DNA from: Basidiobolus meristosporus CBS 931.73 | Lineage: Eukaryota; Fungi; Basidiobolomycota | Length of the DNA stretch: 64,000 nt | NCBI GenBank assembly: GCA_002104905.1 | Contig: MCFE01000142.1 | Location: 62,001 to 126,000 of the forward strand | Reading direction: 5' to 3' | In this document: positions 60,401-64,000 of the stretch, piece by piece | How the letters are laid out: every line of letters starts with the position of its first letter | How positions within the stretch are numbered: position 1 is the first letter of the stretch | The notes under the pieces: model-generated | Told to the model about the DNA's origin: nothing | The model's input: the letters and a program-made list of their open reading frames with translations, nothing else | The model's database searches: none | Position numbers and translations under genes: made by a program

Positions 60401-60997
60401 TTGCTTTAGGTTGGCTCAGATACTCTTTCGACAATAGCTCAATCCATTGGAATAGGAGACTCCCAAAGATGATGGCTGCCGTTCCCACCAGAATCAGCCA
60501 TGCGACAACGGCCGATCGGAAATATCCGAAGTCTCTTGGGTGGCCGCTAGTGCCCACCTACGCCCTACACTATAAAGGAGGTTTTCAATCACCTGCATTG
60601 ACTACCTGAATAGTTAGAAAAGCCATCACGGATTCATCAAGCCGGAAACATAGAGTTAGAAGAAATTGAAACAAACATCTGTCATCCGATGGCTTATGGA
60701 TGATTTTCCGCCTAATGGATATATGCATCATCAGAGACAGGAATTGGATCCAGCATGGCGGAGAAGCGCTCAAATATGCTGGGATCCGTTTTCACCATTT
60801 TAATTTGTTTCTGAAATCAGCAAACATCCAGTATATAAAAGGGGACAATCACCCACCCTTCCCTACCGATTTACATCACATTCTTCCACATCCTACCAAC
60901 CTTGCAACTGCACTCCAAGTGTGCACTCACTCCAATTCAACTCGAACATACTTGCCAGCGTTAAGCTACTTCACTTTCAGCCTTTATTCAGAATAGA

Positions 60998-61960
60998 ATG
61001 CTCTGCTTCGATTTCGGCTATATTCTCTCTGCTTTCTCCCAACCGCAGAAAAAGCATCCAGCTGAAAGTTCCATAAGTCCGTTCTACTTCAACTCCGAGT
61101 TGAAGAAGTGGTTGCCTTTGCCACGTGATCAGGTGGATGCCATCCCTCCATTCTCTGGTCGGAACAGCTTCGATGATGATGTTGCTTTTGGAACGTGGAA
61201 GCTATGCTGCTATAATATCTCTGGCTCTGACGAGCCCCTTTCAGAGGCGCGCATTGATGCCATCCTCCACCTATTACTGAAGGAGGATGCCGACGTGATC
61301 TGCCTACAAGAAGTCACACCGGAGTTTGTAGATCAGATTAAAAAAGAGCTTTGGGTTCAACAGGGCTACATTCTCTCCGATATCGAGTCTCAATCACTTC
61401 ATCCACAAGGGGTCTTTATGCTCTCACGCCTCCCACTTCACCCATTCTACGAGACATATTTACCCTCGAAGCAACAAAAAAAGATGCTCTACGCGGACGT
61501 ATACATCAACGAGCAGTCCGTAGTCAGAATTGCTACTTCCCATCTGGAGGGCCAGCGGCAAAATGTAAGGGAACAGCAGCTGGAATCCATCAGATCAGTG
61601 CTTTTGCCCGAGTCTGAGAAAGATAAATTCGTAACCTCGGTGATTTGTGGCGACTTCAACTTCGCAGGACCGAATGAGGATTCTGTCTTGAGAGGAGCAA
61701 ACTTCGTGGACGCATGGGTAAACAAGTACCCGGAGAACGAAAAGGGTGCTGGTTACACCCTTGGCGTGAACTATCCTTCATCCAATCCCTCACGAAACGA
61801 CCGCGTATACGTATGTAATCATGACAAAGAACTTCAATGGGAGGCAGTGAGGTTCAAGCTGATCGGTGATGAGCCCATCGCTGACGGCGGAGAGGCGAAA
61901 GTCTTTCCATCAAGCCACCTTGGACTTAGTCTCACCTTCACCGCCACCTGGCCCAACTGA
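60998..61960 (+). CDS. Endonuclease/exonuclease/phosphatase (EEP) family protein, TDP2-like, 320 aa
   Basis: CCYNI, DVICLQEV, FMLSR, ATSHLE, CGDFN, RNDRVY, PSSHLGL in EEP order. Confidence 0.9.
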   Translation: MLCFDFGYILSAFSQPQKKHPAESSISPFYFNSELKKWLPLPRDQVDAIPPFSGRNSFDDDVAFGTWKLCCYNISGSDEPLSEARIDAILHLLLKEDADVICLQEVTPEFVDQIKKELWVQQGYILSDIESQSLHPQGVFMLSRLPLHPFYETYLPSKQQKKMLYADVYINEQSVVRIATSHLEGQRQNVREQQLESIRSVLLPESEKDKFVTSVICGDFNFAGPNEDSVLRGANFVDAWVNKYPENEKGAGYTLGVNYPSSNPSRNDRVYVCNHDKELQWEAVRFKLIGDEPIADGGEAKVFPSSHLGLSLTFTATWPN

Positions 61961-63346
61961 GTGGCAATCGACACATCCCCAATTCATTCGACCTTATCAA
62001 TCCAACCCCAGACCGAGACCAAGAGAAACCGCCCAAACGTAGATGCTGGTCCAATACTTATCCTCATTATACGCATGTGCTACCCAGTTGTAATATTTTC
62101 CCACCATACCAGACCCACGTTAATTCTTTTGAAGCCGCACGATACTTGTACCATTTCCGCCATTTTGCTATTGTCTTCTCCCAGACTCATCCCCCCGCAC
62201 TTCTCATCTCAGAAGTATCTTCCTATCCCACAAGTGCTATCTCAGCTACCACATCACTAACGAGGAGGCATTCCTGCAATTTGGGATGCTCCATGTACAG
62301 TATACTAAAATCCATTATCATCCAATAAAACTAGATGCGGCATTGGTGGCTTATGCGACTGAGCAGCCAAGTTCCAACGCATCCTATGAATATCATGTAT
62401 ATTCGAGATTCCGTTTCAGACACTCATTTTGCTGCAGGGATCCATAACAAAACATCGCTTGCAACAGGTTGGCCGAGAGCTAGGCGCTGTGCAGAGATCC
62501 CAAGGGTTTCATTCTCTTGGTGCTAGTTTGATAGATTAAGATCAGTTGCATCATCTACACGATCGATTAGTAAGTTGAGCAGATAATGGTGACTCATTAG
62601 GGATTAACATGGAGTGCTGGATCAGATCCTAGTCCAGGTAAGGGCATTGCGATCCAAGGATACAGGCAAATGGCAAATGGTAAATGGAGGGTTGATGGAA
62701 TGGTGCTGACTGCATTAATTGATCCAGACCAAGAAAAGCCAAGTCCCCACCAAACTGTAGATTGAATATGCGGGGCCTATGGCAGCGCATTCAATGTTCG
62801 TCAATCACTCCCAAGTGCCTAGCCCTTGGTAGGAAAATACATCACACCCTGGATGCAGATGGGCAACCAAAGGCGCTTCACCGGATCACGGTGCGCCGGT
62901 CCGCAGACGACGCTTAGCTGGGTTCAACTGGCGCACGTCGATTCATTGCGCTCTCTCTGGTATTGAATGTCGGGTATAGCGGTGCTTCATTGGCTTAGCA
63001 AAGTATATAGGCAATGGTACGAGTCGGCAATCCCTAGATCGGATTTGGCTCCAGCTGTGCCGTGTCTAATGCATGGCGCCCTAACCAGACCAAGTGATCT
63101 GGCACTGGCAGTGATGTTTGGCAACAAGGCTATTTCGGGTGCTCAACAATCTTCGCATGGCCCTTGATCGCAGATGACCGTGGAAATTGTATATTGAATT
63201 ACCACCTCCTTCATCAACTCGATATTTGATGAGGCAATAACCATGCACCCCTCGAATACGGCATGCATTCTTATTGGGCCATTATTCTGTTTTCAATATT
63301 TATTTAAAACGGCGATTGATGGATTAGAATGTTTAATAAGCTAGAC

Positions 63347-64000
63347 ATGTTTGGTGCGTCCTTCCTGTCAATATTGACTTTGGCTGGGCCATATGCTCAA
63401 TTCGTCTCCCTTCGGTTCCGCTCGCCACCTATTCTTTGGTTGGCAACCCTCGTGAGCGTATTGTTCGAGCTATGGTTCATCGCGTATTTCAGTCTTCCCG
63501 GGCAACCCTTGATCACCGTGATCGCCAAAGGCGGGGCGGCGTTTTTCGTGATGCGGTTACCAAAGCTAGGGTACTTCAGTAAGCTCACTGAAAGGGCAGA
63601 GCTCAGAAACAGCCCTATGTTGTACTTCAGAGAGGTGTTCACTCTTCGTAGACCTGGCGATGCCAGCCTAGTATCGAAGCCATTCCCCCACCATTTTCAG
63701 GTGGCCTTTTCGCAATACCTTCTGGCCAATCTGATTTTTGTGTACTTCCGTACCCACCCACCTCGTACCAAACTTGAGACGAACCAACTGTTGGATTTCA
63801 CCGATTTCGAACTAACGCTTCAGACCGGCCTGTACTGTGTGTTGCTGTACTCGTACATGTCCTTTATGTACCTGATATTATTTGGAAGCGTCAGTTATCT
63901 CGTCGGCACAACCTACTACTCCATACACGATTCTCCCTTCACCTCCCTCTCCCTCCGAGAGTTCTGGAACCAGAGATGGAACCGGGTGTTCCAGAGTGAC
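63347..64000 (+). CDS. MBOAT (wax-synthase-like) membrane O-acyltransferase, 5' part; runs off the window
   Basis: My translation from ATG 63,347 is open for 218 codons, is hydrophobic, and contains DSPFTSLSLREFWNQRWNRVF. Absent from the ORF track because it has no stop in the window. Confidence 0.88.
   Translation, partial: MFGASFLSILTLAGPYAQFVSLRFRSPPILWLATLVSVLFELWFIAYFSLPGQPLITVIAKGGAAFFVMRLPKLGYFSKLTERAELRNSPMLYFREVFTLRRPGDASLVSKPFPHHFQVAFSQYLLANLIFVYFRTHPPRTKLETNQLLDFTDFELTLQTGLYCVLLYSYMSFMYLILFGSVSYLVGTTYYSIHDSPFTSLSLREFWNQRWNRVFQSD

Noticed and set aside
62905-62935. GCTTAGCTGG GTTCAA as a tRNA gene
   Set aside because: The D-like and T-like motifs are adjacent, with no anticodon arm or acceptor stem.

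Overview
Eukaryotic, most likely fungal, genomic DNA; an early-diverging lineage is my inference from short introns and gene and TE types. The window has two sharply different halves. (1) About 1-48,760 is a nested transposon graveyard almost devoid of CpG. It holds two Ty1/Copia families (A, ~369-bp LTR; C, 349-bp LTR), at least three Ty3/Gypsy families (one a chromovirus), a two-gene PIF/Harbinger (PHIS)-type DNA transposon family with a fold-back MITE, and several solo LTRs with exact 5-bp target-site duplications. One Copia-C element (38,364-43,049) is young: its LTRs differ at 5 of 349 positions and it has only two disabling lesions. (2) About 48,760-64,000 has normal CpG content and carries host genes: a PX-PB1-PB1 protein, a Cys-rich type I membrane protein, a TDP2-like EEP phosphodiesterase, the start of an MBOAT acyltransferase, and a small spliced hypothetical gene, plus decayed coding-like stretches. 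The most interesting signals are the CpG cliff crossing one border LTR, a CpG-retaining and fully open Harbinger companion ORF inside the decayed zone, and a palindrome whose inner 213 bp arms are identical. No rRNA, tRNA or CRISPR array is supported. All counts and identities were made by eye.
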